The position numbers and the translations under genes are program-made. From assembly GCF_009914755.1 (NCBI RefSeq), contig NC_060936.1: a stretch of DNA of 64,000 nucleotides; one strand, written 5' to 3'. The DNA comes from the human T2T-CHM13v2.0 reference genome, Homo sapiens. The notes beneath the pieces are model-generated. The model did no database searches. It was not told where the DNA came from and saw only the letters and a list, made by a program, of their open reading frames with translations. Shown here piece after piece: positions 41,273 to 57,668 of the stretch; position 1 is the stretch's first letter; each line of letters opens with the position of its first letter.

Positions 41273-42547
41273 ATAAACTCTGACCTCTTGGGCAGATGGA
41301 ATTTCCCTCAAACATAGTAGATTCCCCTGGCATAGGGTAGAGGGGGGATCCTTGAGAAAAACTGGATCATATTCTGCATGGCATATATTTCAAATATTAT
41401 ATTCTTACACTGTATTGTATATATTAGTTTGTAATTCTGTTTTCCCCTCTAAAGTGTCAACTTCATCAGGGGATGTTACCTCCTTAAAGGAAAAACTATA
41501 TTTTATTTATCATGGTTTTCTCAGTGCCTTACACATTGTAGATGCTCAATAAGTAATTGTCCATCTTCATGTACTGTTGTTCTTTTACACGGTCCTCAGG
41601 AACTCAGCAGAGGGGACTTGAGACAAAGGAAAGGAGCTTAATGGACCTCCCTCACAGGAATAACATTTAATAAAATAAGACAATAGGAGAGTAGGCCTGG
41701 GAACCATAAAGAAAGAAACCCCTAAAACAAGATTCAGGGAGGGGAACTATAGAAAAGAGGGAACAACCAAGGGCCATGTGTCAGCAATAAGAGATAAATA
41801 TCTTAGAAAGTACTGATCTAAGACAAGCCCAGATCCCCCAAGTGCCATTTCAGAGCTTAAAGCAACTGCAAAAGACGAGGAACGGACTTTATCAGTAAGG
41901 GTCATGTTCCTCACCTCACTCCCACATTACACCCTACACACATCTCCCTCACTCCACAGGGACTTGATGAATATCATCTGTCAGCCTCCTTCCTTTCCTG
42001 GTTTCTCAATGAGCCTGTTTCCCTTCTCTTCCTTTATAACCCCCCCCCCCCACATGCATTCTTTGATCTTGATAGGGCCTTATCTATCCCATATCCTCTG
42101 AAAGATAACCAGCTACTCAGAATGGCCTCTTCCTCACCACTGTCAGTTCCACCCCCGGCCACCTTGGCAGCAGTTCCAATCTTGCTTCACCTTACTCGCC
42201 ACAGGCATTTAAGCACACCCAATGGGCCTAATCTTTACTGACCAGCAATGCCTGAGTAACTGATTTGAATAACCTAGATTTTTTTCTCTCTGGCCTGTAA
42301 AGAATTTCATGGAAAACCCACAGGCCTCTGCTGCTGGCTGCCATGATGAATAGCCATGTTTATTTTTCTGGTGTCTCTGTCTGTTTCTATTACACTGATG
42401 TGCTGTGTCCTGGTATCTCTACCTCTATTACATGGATGCACTGTGTTCTGGGAGTCTGACAAAATAAAAATATAACAATAACAACAACAGAAACCCTGCA
42501 AAATCTGGAGGATATCTTAAAATGACAGCCATCGTTGTCAGGACTAT

Positions 42548-42705
42548 AGCATAGAAGGAGAGAGCTTGGGCATCTACCAATCTTGGATTTGAATCTTAGC
42601 TCTATTATAAGACTTTTTGCAAATTACTGAATCTCGCTGAGCCTTAGTTTTTTTAATCTGTAAAAGAGGACAAGAATACCACCTTCCTCGCAGGGTTACT
42701 GTGTA
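42548..42705 (+). mobile_element. MIR SINE
   Basis: GGATTTGAATCTTAGCTC..CTGAGCCTTAGTTT..ATCTGTAAAA..CTCGCAGGGTTACTGTG. Confidence 0.7.
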
Positions 42706-43349
42706 CTTTTAACCATTCTGCCCACTACACAACTGCAATCCAAAAACATTGCACTTGGTTCCTCCTTCACTTATTTCCAAGAGATCCATGAGATCCCTGG
42801 TATCACAGAGTGAACCATGCTAGCCTAAAGGAGATACCATCCGAGTTCTGTTCATTATTTTTAACTATATTTAAGTGTATTTGATTCTTCAACAACTAGA
42901 GCCTAATTTTTTTGTATTCAATGGAATTTTTTTCAGGAAAAGAATCTGCACTAATTTATATGACTGATATACAGAGTAAACATAAAGGTTCACGAAGCCA
43001 GTGGTTCACAAACTGAGGACTACACATACCCTGGAGGCCTCAAGGAACACAAATTCATGCACTCGTTACGATTCATGTGAGGACTGAGTGAACAATGCTA
43101 TGTAAACACACACAGATATATCCACATATATTCATATATATGCAACATTGCTGTTTCAAATATAGGTTGTTTATATAGAGGCTATTAATAAAATATATTT
43201 TAAAGTGTTATTTAATTTATAAAAGCTTTTATCATTGCCTATTTTCTCAGCCAACATTTGCTATTATAACACGTTGTGGTTCTACATTTTAATATTAATA
43301 TTAATAATTAAATTGTGACACTGTTATTACTAGTAATGTCTATTATTAA

Positions 43350-43605
43350 TTGTTAATAATAATAGCCAACATTTATTATGTGCCAGGCACTGTTCTAATG
43401 ACTTAACATACATTATGTACTCACATACTCATTAAATCCTCACATGATCCTATACAGTAGACCTATTATCATTTCTAATTTATGTATTAGGAAACGGAGG
43501 CACAGAGAGGTGATGTTAACTTGCCACAGAGCTGGTAAGTGGCAGAGCTGGGATTCAAGCTCAGATATCTGGTTCCAGAGTCCAAGCCCTCTGTTTTCAC
43601 ATTTA
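43350..43605 (-). mobile_element. MIR SINE, near full length
   Basis: AATAGCCAACATTTATT..TGCCAGGCACTGTTCTAA..GGAAACGGAGGCACAGAGAGG..GTAAGTGGCAGAGCTGGGATTCAA. Confidence 0.88.
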
Positions 43606-43818
43606 ATCAGTGGAGAACTCAGGTTTGCAATCATATATTGGTGTCACTGTTTTTAACCAAAAAATTATTTGTGACCTTGACGTTGATTTTATTTTCTATG
43701 AAAATGAGCATATTTCTAAGAAGATACAAACTTTGATATATGTGTGTACACTGGCATATATACAACCAGACGTACAACCAGGAAATCTGTGATAACTAAA
43801 TTCAAACAAAATAATAAT

Positions 43819-44066
43819 AGCTGAACAATGAGAACACAGGGACACAGGGAGGGAACAACATACACTAGGGCCTGTTGTGGGGGTGGGGGAAGGGAGAGCA
43901 TCAGGATAAATAGCTAATGCATGCGGGGCTTAACTCCTATGTGATGAGTTGATAGGTACAGCAAACCACCATGGCACACATTTACCTATGACCTATGTAA
44001 CAAACATGCATGTCTTGCACATGTATCCCAGAACTTAAAATAAAATTAAATAATAATAATAATAAA
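43819..44066 (+). mobile_element. L1PA (older primate, ~L1PA10-13) 3'-end fragment
   Basis: GAACAATGAGAACAC..GGAGAGCATCAGGATAAATAGCTAATGCATG..CAGCAAACCACCATGGCACA..GAACTTAAAATAAA. Confidence 0.92.
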
Positions 44067-46014
44067 AACAGTTCATGCTGGCTGGTCTGCCTACATATGC
44101 TCCAATCCAAGTAAGTCACATGGGCCAGAGTAAGTTTCCATTAATGGCATTTCCTTTGATTCTCATTTTGTCACCATCTTGCTGCTTTCACTTTTCTCTG
44201 CCTCTGTTAGGTAATTGGCTTTCCAATATTGAGCTATTTGATCCAATATTGAGCTATTTCCTAAATTGGGAGGTAACAACAACAGAAGCAACAACTACTG
44301 AGGAAGTTAAATGCAATAAAAATAGAATGACACATTTCAACTTTTCACCTCTCCACTTGAGATACATGAACAGTCACACTCACCTTCCATTTAGTTGATT
44401 GAACTTTCGAGAACATTCATTGACTCTCTGCCATGTGCCAGAAATTATGTTTGGAGCTGTAAATATGTGAATAGAACTAACAATGCACCAATACAGCACT
44501 GTCTAAAAGATTCCAGGCAGGCCATTCACTCAACTTATAACTGTATTGCAAGATAGAATGTCATCAATACCATTCACGGGACAAAATTCTATATGAGAAT
44601 TGTCATTCTGAACAAGAAGCGGTAACTCCAAAAGAATTAGTCATCTGATAGGAAGCCTTCCTTTCTACTCTCTCCCAAGAGCTCTCTGTAGCATTCCTGT
44701 AGCCACCTGGAATCCACATTCAGATCAGCAAGGCAAGACCTCCTTATGCAGATCAGAGAGGCAAGACCCCCTTACACGACTGTGGCCACTTTTACTCCAG
44801 AAACAAATTCATTTAGGCTGACCTAAAAGGTGACCTTTTTAATCCATGTTCTCTGCTGATCTCCTCCACTTCCTCCCAGTTTTTCTTTCTTTAATTCAGT
44901 ATTTTTTCTCCTCACCTTTCTCTTCTTCATTGTCCTCCTTCTCTTAAGGTATGCTATTCCCCAGGATTATTTCCACGAGGTGACTAATGTCATATTGTGT
45001 GATGCTTCTTAGTTACCATTTCAGAAAGTGACATTTTTCAACCCTGTCTCCAAATTCTGAGGATTGGTGCTATTTAGAAATGTATAGCCCCTTAAGCCTT
45101 AAATATTCTATATTTGATGGCCCTAAATCATCCTTTCTTGTCCTTCTGAATCAGAATGAGTCAGAAGTTGGATAAAATATCAATGTCAAAAACAACTTTA
45201 GAAAAAGTAAGGAATCCAAAGAAAGGTTTGATGTGAAGAAAAACATAAACAATGAGACAATCACCTGCAGGAACTCCCACTACACAGACACCTAGGATAC
45301 ACGGACTCTTTGGGAAAGTATACTACAGACAGCATACTGAAAGTATAAAGAAATAACTATTCTGGGTGAATAGCTACAATGGCACTGATCTGTAGTCTTT
45401 CCCCCATAAATCCTAGAATTTTTACTTTTTCTTAGCACTCTAGTACTCCTATTAATTCATTTGCAAACTTTCCACTTTTATTGAGCCCCAGTCTTTTGGG
45501 CTAAAAATATTTGGGCTGATTTTGCCCCTGGAATATAAAAGTAGATGTTACATTTAAAGTTCAGAAGAATAGTCCACTGAACTTTCTATGCTTCATTTGA
45601 GAGGACAGTGTTGATGCTGACTCTTTAACAAACTTGGCAAGGTATGTTTAAGAAGTAATTCTAATTTTTATTTGTATTGTATAAAAGACAATGTGATCAA
45701 GTGAGAAGGTCATGTAGAATACGAGAGATTTCTGTGTTCTAGGTTGAGCTTTCTAACTATCTAGGATTAAGTTGGTTAAGTCATTTCACCTCTCTGGCTT
45801 CAGTTTTCTCACCTGTATTTAGTACATAGAAGGTGTTCTGTAAATATTTGTTGAGTGAATGAATTAGTAATAGATACTACTTTGTAAGATTATCATAAAG
45901 AGCTAGACTTTAAGCTCCTAGTGGAGTAAGCAGTCATGGCTATCTTGGTTACCACTGTATTCCCCAGCACATTCCCAGGTGTATAGCAGAATCTCATCAA
46001 AAACATGGTGAATT

Positions 46015-46270
46015 CCCCATGCTCTCACTTACAAGTGGGAGCTGAACAATGAGAACACCTGGACACAGGGAGGGGAACAACACACACTGGGGCCTGTCAG
46101 GGAGTTAATGGAGGGAGAGTATCAGGATAAATAGCTGATGGATGCTGGGCTTAATACCTAGGTGATGGGTTGATAGGTGCAGCAAACCACCACAGCACAC
46201 ATTTACCTATGTGACAAACATGCACATCCTGCACATATATCCTGGAACTTAAAATAAAATCAAATTTAAA
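46015..46270 (+). mobile_element. L1PA 3'-end fragment inserted in L2
   Basis: Same 3'UTR class as 43819. TSD AAAAACATGGTGAATT. Confidence 0.92.
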
Positions 46271-46789
46271 AAAACATGGTGAATTAATGAGTAAATGCAC
46301 AAATTAATAAATTTTATAATAGTTTCCCTATTTTACGAAGTTATTAAGAATAACTTGATTTTAGGTTCCCTGTGAAGACAAACCATGTTGATTATATTTA
46401 CCACTGTTTCTCCAATGCCTGACAACACTCTGGCATTTGTGGATGTTCAATAAGCAATTTTTAATTAATGAATGCTCAGTAAAAATAGATGTAAAATTAC
46501 TTCAAAAAGTACTAACTACAAATACCAACAGCAGGCATTAAGAGTCTGTTTCCCCCACATGCCAACACCAATAATCCCTGTAGAGAGATGACTGGCCTGA
46601 GATAGGTGTCATCTCTATCGGCTGAAACAATTTACTCCAAAGAACATGAGGCATAATGATTTAGAAGAGGATGAGGCAGAATCTGCTAACTCACAGCTGG
46701 CTCTCAGGCTGGAAACAGCCCCATGGTAAAGCTCAATACAGTCCAAGGATATACAGTGGCAGTAGTTACCTTTCTAAGGAACATAATCC

Positions 46790-47505
46790 AGATGGTATTC
46801 ATTTCCAGATCCAAGTAACAGAAAATCCTGACTTAGTGGGGCCAGACCACAAAGAACATGTATTATCTCAGATTGCAAGAAGCAGACCAGCTTCAAGTGG
46901 GTAAAGTCCGGGGCTCAACATCATTATCAATGAGCCAGGTTATTTTCTTCTTTCAGCTCTGCCATTCCCTGGGATGTGCCCAGCTGGTTACTCTGAGTTT
47001 AAAAATGTCTGTCACATGGGCGCCTGTAGTCCCAGCTACTCGGGAGGCTGAGGCAGGAGAATGGCGTGAACCCAGGAGGCTAGAGCTTGCAGTGAGCTGA
47101 GATCGCGCCACTGCACTCCAGCCTGGGCAACAGAGCGAGATTCTGTCTCAAAAAAAAAAAAAGTCTGTCACAGACGCAGACATTACTGGATGACGCATGT
47201 AGTCGAAGAAGAGGGGGTAAGTTTTTCCTGTAACTCATTTTTATCAGCAAAGAAACCATCTCAGGAGCTTCCCAGGTGAGCTCTCCTCAGATCCCACTGG
47301 CTGGAACTATGTCACATTTCCATTCCTAAACCAATCAGCAACAAGCAAATGAAACTATTAAAATTGGCTTAGACGTGTCAGGATTTATCCCTAGACCAGA
47401 AGATAGAGGGAATCTTCCATGAGATTTATGGGAGAGGGAGGTGGCAATCAGGAAGAAGAAGCTGTAGGAATCTGGCAATTAGATAAGCAAAATTGTCTGC
47501 TACAG
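46790..47505 (-). mobile_element. Old MaLR LTR (MLT1K/L-like) split by an AluY fragment
   Basis: CAAGTAACAGAAAATCCTGAC; ACTGGCTGGAACTATGTCACAT..CCTAAACCAATCA. Confidence 0.55.
47018..47162 (+). mobile_element. AluY, 5'-truncated (right arm only)
   Basis: GAGAATGGCGTGAACCC..GAGCTTGCAGTGAG. TSD around GTCTGTCACA. Confidence 0.92.
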
Positions 47506-47569
47506 AGATAAAATATTTGTGCTTTCAAAAGTGTCATTTAATGAATCTAATTAAGATTTTATGGGTCTA

Positions 47570-48265
<696 letters not shown>

Positions 48266-48857
48266 ACGGGGGTGAAAATTTCCTTTCTCGACACTTTCAT
48301 AAGAAAACACCAAGTTAATCAAATTTCCCACCCTCTTGATATAACTAAATGTTCCCTGTGGATTCCAGTCCACTTTAATCTAAAAGGATATTAAAGAGGT
48401 AAGCACATTTTCTGCAATCTTACAAAGCCATTTAGCAATAAAAATTTGTGCTGAAGTGGGAAACTCATATAAAAGAGTTCATTTTTGATATGAAAAAGAA
48501 TAATTTTATTACTTGCATAGAGAATATGATTTTCAAATTCTTGAAATTATAGTATAAAACATAAACCCTAAGGGGCCAAACATTATATTCCTGATAGACA
48601 ATTACAGCATTAAACTTCCATCCATATGATAACATTTATATCTTTGGTGACAATCCATTTTCTTTTCCAATTAATCTGTATTCCCCTATCACACATATAA
48701 AAAAAGATGCTGTTGGTCTAAGACTTCAAAAATTGACATTTCGTCTTCAATAAAAACCCAGAGGAAGGCAGCTAAAAAAGTTCTACAGTATTAAACTTTT
48801 CCAGTGGATAAAATGCTCAACAATGGATGTTGCTTCCATTTATAAGTCACACCTACT

Positions 48858-49100
48858 CCAGTAGCTCTCAAATATTGTTGCCTTTGAGCCACAGTAAATA
48901 CATATATATCTCACAACCCTACACATACACATACACGTCAAACCTTCAAGGAAACAACATTGGCCCATACTACTTTTGAATCATACTTCTGTGTTCTATC
49001 CTATACTGTTTCACTTTTTTTACCTGCTCATCCCAACCTAGTAAATTGATTTCAGGATCCAATAACGGGATACAACCCTCTGTTTAAAAAACATCACTTA
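48858..49100. mobile_element. hAT-Charlie MITE relic
   Basis: CAGTAGCTCTCAAA start; TAAATTGATTTCAGGATCCAATAACGGG..TGTTTAAAAAACA end. Confidence 0.5.
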
Positions 49101-51303
49101 TTCAAGCCTCTGGAAAATCTCACTATTCTTTTTTATAATATAAACAACATGACATGGCATTATTTATGAAATGCAATCACAATACTATTTCATTTAATCC
49201 CGTGGGAATCATTATTAACTTCATTTTATAGCTGAGAAAACAGACAGTATAAGTGATTTGTCAGGACCACACAGCCAGTGAGTGCTGGAGGTTAGAACAG
49301 CGGGATGTGGCAGACCTCAAAAGTCAGAGTCCTGATTTGAAATAGATGTTTTAAAAGAAAAAAAAATAGATACGATATTTACTGCAGTAAAGTCTTTAGG
49401 TTTCTTCAATTGGCAGCTGTAAAAATAAAAGCATAATTCTCACACTGGTCTAATTAAAAACGGCCAAGTACAATTGTTCATGGCTAATTACCTCTGTCAG
49501 ACCAAATGGAGAGTCATACAATTCATGAGACAGTCCATTAGACCTAATTAAGGGAAATTATTTCGAGACGACTCTGAGGCAATATTAGAGGATGTTTTAT
49601 GCTAAGATTTCTAAAATGTTTTGTAGCAAATACAGCTTATGAACCAAAGGAGAAACCACAAAACTGCAACTCTGATCTAGAGCGATTCAAACACTCAGTC
49701 TGCCCCATCCTCTCTTCTCCCCTAACTCCAGGGAGGGGTTGGCCCTAAAGATTTTCTGTCAGTCATCGAAGTGTCTTTTCTGTATGACATTAAAGTTATT
49801 ATTTGTACTATTAAATAGTAAGCAGGAAAATTCCTTTGAGCTCCACGTGTAACATTTACTCTTCTAGACAAAGGGCAAAACCACCTAAAGAATTGTCAGC
49901 CCGAAGACACAAAGATGAACAATGAACTCTCTGCTTCTCAGTTTAGACAACAGAGGCACTGCAGGCCAAATTCACATCATGACACATGACACACAAACGT
50001 TCTCTTCAATCTCCTTTAAAAGAAAATAGAGCAGAGGCTTTCTTGCATCTCCCTTTGACTGGCGGGGAGACATTCAATAACGCCTTGCTCCATCCCTGTA
50101 CTACCCAGCTTTCGAAGTGTCACAGGTGAGAAAGTTAACCAGTGAAGGACAACCGAGCAGCTGTGGGAAACAGAGAGGAGAGGAAGCAGGGGCCGGGGAT
50201 AAACAATTGCAGGGTCACTGGAACGTTGTCCTCCATCCACTCTGACAGATGAAAGGCTGACAGGCCCACTATTTGTGGTACAGAGGTCACAATGCCCCAT
50301 GATTAACTGTGCCGAAAGCGTACTTAAATCCGAGATGTCCTGCACAAATAGGAAAGCATTGTCCTCACTCACCTCAGTGGAGGCTGTCAGATGCCCAAAC
50401 TATTCTGGCTTCCTTGTCTCAGTAATACTTTTCAAAAACCCATGAAACTCAAAGGGATCTGAATCCACAAGATCATATTTTTCAGAACCAAATACCAGAA
50501 CTTGAAGTCCATCAAAGGTGTGTTGTTGTTTTATTTTTTATTTGCATGAAAAGTTGTGTATGACTACGTAACCAAGTTGCATTGGTATAGATTCTAAAAA
50601 TCACTTATATTAAATAGAATAAAATCACATGAGGTAGATGCTGCCCTAGAAAACCCAGGGTATGCAGCCTTCAGGAAATCAAAATAGTAAAAGTATTGCA
50701 GATTTGCCTCTGTGAAGTTTGGTAGAGACCATTTCTACTCCCCACAACAGTAGAACATTCAAAACAGGATCATATACATTGAAAAAAAAGGAACCTTCAT
50801 TTAGACATTTCCCTGACTCCCCCATTAAAACACAGACTCTATGGAGACAAATAAAATGTCGATTTCTCTGATAACTTTCTCACAAGATTTATAGTGCTTT
50901 ATATATGCTATAGACAATACTAATATGTGTTTATTTGATGCATTGTTTGAGACTGTGGTAGAATCTTTACCAGAGAAAGAACAAATTGTTACAAGTTTGA
51001 GTTTATATTTGGGTTACAAATCTAGAAAATTTACTCTGTGGGAAGGGAAATATATTCACCCATGATTCTGTGAGCTGTCCTTGTCAGCATGTCAATATAA
51101 TCAGCTCCCCTGGCTCATCTAGAAAAGTCAGTAAGTCTGGGATCACAAAGAACAAGAATCCCAAGAGGGACTCAGGTACCCCACTGGAAATTAGAGAGTA
51201 CATAAAGAAATAATCAATTAGACAGTGAAGCTGTGAAGCAGAAAGGACACTCTATACTCCCAGTCCGTGGCGTCCTATGAGACCAGTAAAACCACAAGAG
51301 CCC

Positions 51304-51634
<331 letters not shown>

Positions 51635-51984
51635 CTAAGATGGAACCTCTCCCTCAGGTAGCCATGCCAAGTAGGCTAACTTAGGGATAGATAACTACCA
51701 GAACTCCACTCCTGTGGGTGCCCAGAGCCATGGGAGCTCTATCTACTTCATGAACTCCTTTGGGTAAGCCTGCCCACAGAATGACCTTGCACCAGTAAAG
51801 GCAGTTTGGGGAGTACCAACCCTAGAGATGCTAGTACCTAGAAAGGGTATAGTATCCAAGGGAGATCCTGGTTCCTGTGATCTTAGGAACATGCAAGAGT
51901 TTTGTGTCCTGGGACTAAGAGGGCTAAGAAATCAGAGTCTCTCATAAACTTTCTAACACTCAGAAGTGTCGATACTATTGACAA

Positions 51985-52210
51985 ACATGCACTACAGTCC
52001 AGGTAACGTTACAATCATTGTGTTACTATTAATGCATTTAGTCATCACAACTACTCTCTGAGGACAGTAATCATTATTATGTCCATTTTACAGATGAGGA
52101 CACCGAAGTTTCTCAAGAGTAAATAAATTACTCAAGTTCACAAAACTATGGTAGAACCAGAGGCCCAACCCAGGAAGTCTGTCCACAGACCTGAGGCTCT
52201 TAATCATGAC
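51985..52210 (-). mobile_element. MIR SINE
   Basis: CCATTTTACAGATGAGGACACCGAAG core. Confidence 0.75.
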
Positions 52211-53640
52211 TTTCTACATCTACATGTGCAGTATACATGTGTACATGTGTGTGTCTGTGTGTGTGTGTTACGATGATATTCAATCCACACATTGTCATAG
52301 AAACTGAATTGTCCTAAGGCATATACTTTTAGCAGCAGTACCTAACATTCACAAAAAGAATGGTAAGCATGATAAAAAAGAAAAAATAACAGGTCAAAGA
52401 ATTGCCAAACCTACAGTGCAGATTAAAGAAATTCCCCTACAGATTCAGTGGGTCTCCAGAGGATTTGGTCTATCCAATAAACAAAATGCTTTCCCCCAGA
52501 GGAGTCATTCACATTAATAACCGTGAGCATGGAGTAGAATTTTACTTGGCTGGACTTTGTCTATTGAATACTTCACTTAATGCTGTGGATCAGACCAAGG
52601 AACAAAAATGAATTTCAGCTTTGTTGAAATCAGATCCCCAATTTCCTTGGTTGTCAATGTGATTAATAGGAGACCCAAATCACCTTAATAGAGAAGCAAC
52701 ACTCTCTACCCTCATCCTGATGCTGAGTGAGGAGGGGGCATCACTGAAGTAGGTAAGGATGGAGCAGATGTCTGGGTACCGGCAGTGTCTTTCCCTTTTG
52801 TGTACCACTGTGCCCTGCTTCAAAGCCATAAACAAACTGAGCAGAAAGGCTCAAGATAAATGACCTGATACCATTTAATGCCTTCAGGGAGATGGATGCC
52901 TAAATCCATGAGATCCATAATTTTTGGCTACATCTTTTGCATTTCCAGGGACAAAGCTTCCATGTTGTCCTTGGGTACCCCCATCTAAGCGTTTTACAAC
53001 ACCAATAGTAAAACAATTCTACTTTCTGCCCAAGCGTAACATTTAGTTTAAATTAAATCCATTTCCTTTGAATGTTCCATGAGCTTAGAAAACTGTTTTG
53101 CGCCCTCATAGTAATACCTATTACTGCAGGCAAAGCAATATTGTTTCTTTGCACTTTTCATTATGTATCATTTTTGTTATATTTCTTGGGGATTTCTCTA
53201 AGCTTCTTGTGTTTAATTTTGGGGGTTTTTTTCCTTTGCTCCATATTAAAATATTTTTTAAATCATATTGAAATAATACATGTTTATGGTGGAAAATTGA
53301 GAAATATGAAAAATCCCAAAGGAGAAATTTTTCAAAACCCATAATCCTGCTTCGCAGAGCTAATAACTATTTTGACGTATATCTTCCAGTCTCATAAGCC
53401 AATGCACATATGTGCTTTGGAGACTATTTTCCCTGTCACTAATTATTACCCCTACAGGGTAGGCATCTTCAACCTGAGTCTGTGTATAGACTTTACATAG
53501 TCCATGAAATTATACACAAAGTTACAGACAAAATTTTATGTAGGTACGTATGTGCTTTCTTCCCAAGAAGGCAGTTGACTGCTTTCACCAGATGCCCAAA
53601 AGGGTGTATGAACTGAAAACAGTTAAAAATTCTTATTTAG

Positions 53641-53987
<347 letters not shown>

Positions 53988-54185
53988 AACGTTTTACCAT
54001 ATTACCCGATCTTGCTATATAAATTATATTGCAATAAACACTTTGTAGCTAAATTTTGCATCTGTCTCCAGTGATTTCTTTTGAGAAAAAAAAATACTGA
54101 AATTGGAATTGCTCCAAGAATATTCACAGCTAAAGGTTTTTAATACATGTTGTCAAATTGCCTTGTAGAAAGGTGGTATCATTAG

Positions 54186-54555
<370 letters not shown>

Positions 54556-55339
54556 GGATTATTTTTTAACTTTGCCAATTTTATTGGCTAAACTAAAATA
54601 CTAATATTTGAGACTTTTTCTTTTTAAGTTCAGGGAGCAATATTATTTGTAGCACAGTCATGGCTGATGTACTCAGAGCATAGAGGAAGAATTACATCTG
54701 CCCTGGATGGTCTTAGCTTTATTCCCCCACAATGACATGATATTGCTGATTCATGATCAGCAATGATCATGATCGTTGATCATAGATCAGCCCTGACCCA
54801 CAGGTCTTTTAAAGCAGTGATGGTGGCTAGCCAATTCTATAATTATTTTTATGGTTTATATAAGTCCTTACTCTCACCCTTATATAATTGGATTTCATCC
54901 TGTTTGCCTAGGGTTGTGCTTCCTATTTAATAATATCACACTGGTCTGTTTGATGTTACATCACCTATAGGCTAAATAAGCACACCTTCAACACCTTTAG
55001 TCAAGACGTCAATGATTCCAAGGGCGATAAGACCACTTGACATTTGCCCCTCACATTGATACCAGGTCATTGGAAACTACGCTTCTGGGAGAATCATCAG
55101 GGAAATGTTCTACTTGCCTAATCACAGAAACTCTACAACTAGACTCTGGCTAAACAGAACATAAATTATACTGAAATCAATAAAGACAGGGTGAGCAAAA
55201 AGCCTTTGTCATGATTAAGAGTGTATGCACTTGCAGTTACATATCTGGGTTAAATGCCAACTCCTCCATTTGCTGTCTATATAACCCTAGGCAACTACTT
55301 CCACATGTCTAAGCTTTTCACACATAAAACAGATTTATA

Positions 55340-55790
<451 letters not shown>

Positions 55791-56165
55791 TATTTTAAAA
55801 ATAATAAAAAGAAACTTGTTTGGTGAATATGTCAAGAGCATGCCTTCATGTTGGTTGCTGTGAAGTTGCAATATTCTTTCTACACAGTATTTTGCAGACT
55901 CCCCTATATAAATCAGTAACCACCACCTCCATACCACACACTCTCTGTCTCCCTTATCATGCCTTATTTTTTTCTCCATTGCATGTCTAATCATCTGACA
56001 TATGACATATTTACTTGTTTGTTTTTTATCTGGCTTCTCTCACTAGAACATAAGCCCCACGAGAGCAAACATTTTCCATTTGCTTCCTGCCTTAGTGCTA
56101 GCACATTGGGGAATAAATGGATAGTTTCATTCTGAGGATGGAATGATTCAGTCTGTCTACAGCAG

Positions 56166-57088
56166 TATATTAGTTTCTTAGGGTTGCCATAATAAAGCAC
56201 CACTAACTGGGTGGCTTAAACAGCAGAAATGGATTGTCTCACAGTTCTAGAGGCCAGAAGTCCAAGGTGTCAACAAGACTGATTCCTTCTGAGGGCTGTG
56301 AGGGAGAATCTTCCACACATCTCTTCTAGCTTCTGGTGGTTTGCCGGCAATCTTTTGTGCTCTGGATTTGCAGACACATCACCCCAATCTCTGCCTTCAT
56401 CTTTACTTGGCACTATCCCTGTGTGTTTGTCTGTCTCTATGTCCAAATTTCCTCTTTTTTTAAGAAGACAATTATATTGGATTAAAGCCAGTCCTAATGA
56501 CATCATTTTAACTTGATCATCCATAAAGACCTGCTATGGTTTGGATATTGCTTGTCCCCATGTAGAAATTTGATCCCCAATATGGTGGTGTTGGGAGGTG
56601 GGACTTAGCGGCAGGTGTTTGGGTAAGGAGGGTCAGATCCCTCATGAATGAATGGCGTGGTGCCATTCTTGAGGTAGTCAGTAAGTTCTCACACTCTTGA
56701 GACTGGATTAGTTCTCTCTAGAATGAATTCATTCCCACAGGAGTAGCTTGTTAAAAAGAGTTTGGTTTCCCCAGTTTTTCTCTCTTGCTCCCTTTCTTGC
56801 CATGTAACCTCTTTGCATGCGCCTACCCTTCTGCTTTCCACCATGAGTGGAAGCAGCACAAAACCCCTAACCAGTAGCAGAGCAGATGCCAGTGCTTTGC
56901 CCCTTGAACTTCCCAGCCTATAGAACTGTGAGCTAAAGAAATCTATTTTCTTTATAAACCACTCAGTCTTAGGTATTCTGTTATAGCAATACAAACAGAC
57001 TAAGACAATCCTATTTCCAAATAAAGCCACAGCCCCTGGGAATCAGGACTTCAACATTTTGGGGGTGTACACAATTCAACCCATAGCA
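56166..57088 (-). mobile_element. MLT1C-like MaLR LTR split by an MST LTR
   Basis: TATATTAGTTTC..GGGTGGCTTAAACAGCAGAAAT..TCTCACAGTTCTAGAGGCCAGAAGTCCAAG; resumes CTATTTCCAAATAA..ACAATTCAACCCATAGCA. Confidence 0.85.
56532..57007 (+). mobile_element. MSTB-like MaLR solo LTR
   Basis: TGCTATGGTTTGGATA start; GGTATTCTGTTATAGCAATACAAACAGACTAAGACA end. Confidence 0.88.
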
Positions 57089-57668
57089 AGCAGATAGCAC
57101 AGTGCCTGGCACTCTGTTGGCACTCAACTATTAGCTCTTCTCATTTGTTCATGCAATGGGATCATTATCTCACAGAGAAAATTAATTGGGTCTGGCATGA
57201 CAGGTTCTTGCAAGTCACTATGACATAAACTTACTCTGAGGAGACATTAACCAAATTTGCTACCCATCTCATGCCTTTGACTCTGAATAACAACCAACAG
57301 GGAGGAGGAGCCACGATGAAATCAAAGTCTTCGCAATCATTGCATTCTTACCCATTATTTTATAGCCAAGAAAGAAGAGCTCAAAAGGTAATTACTTATC
57401 CAAGGTTAAAGCAAAAGCAGAACTAGAACCCCGGCTTTCTCACTCCTGGATCCTTTCTTCCTTTATATAAATCTATCTATATATATTTAAAATTATCATG
57501 ATGGACACATTTTAAAATGGGCTGATTATAGAAATAGGTAGTTCATAGATTAGTCTGAATGATTAACACCAAATAGAAAAAAAAATAACTAGAAAAATAA
57601 ATCTCCAAATCAAGAACCAAAAGAAAAATAAATAAATAAATTGAGATATTTTTGGCCAAAATAAACTA

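Noticed and set aside
54745-54792. GATC-dense, partly palindromic stretch
   Set aside because: Short low-complexity slippage product with no supporting context.
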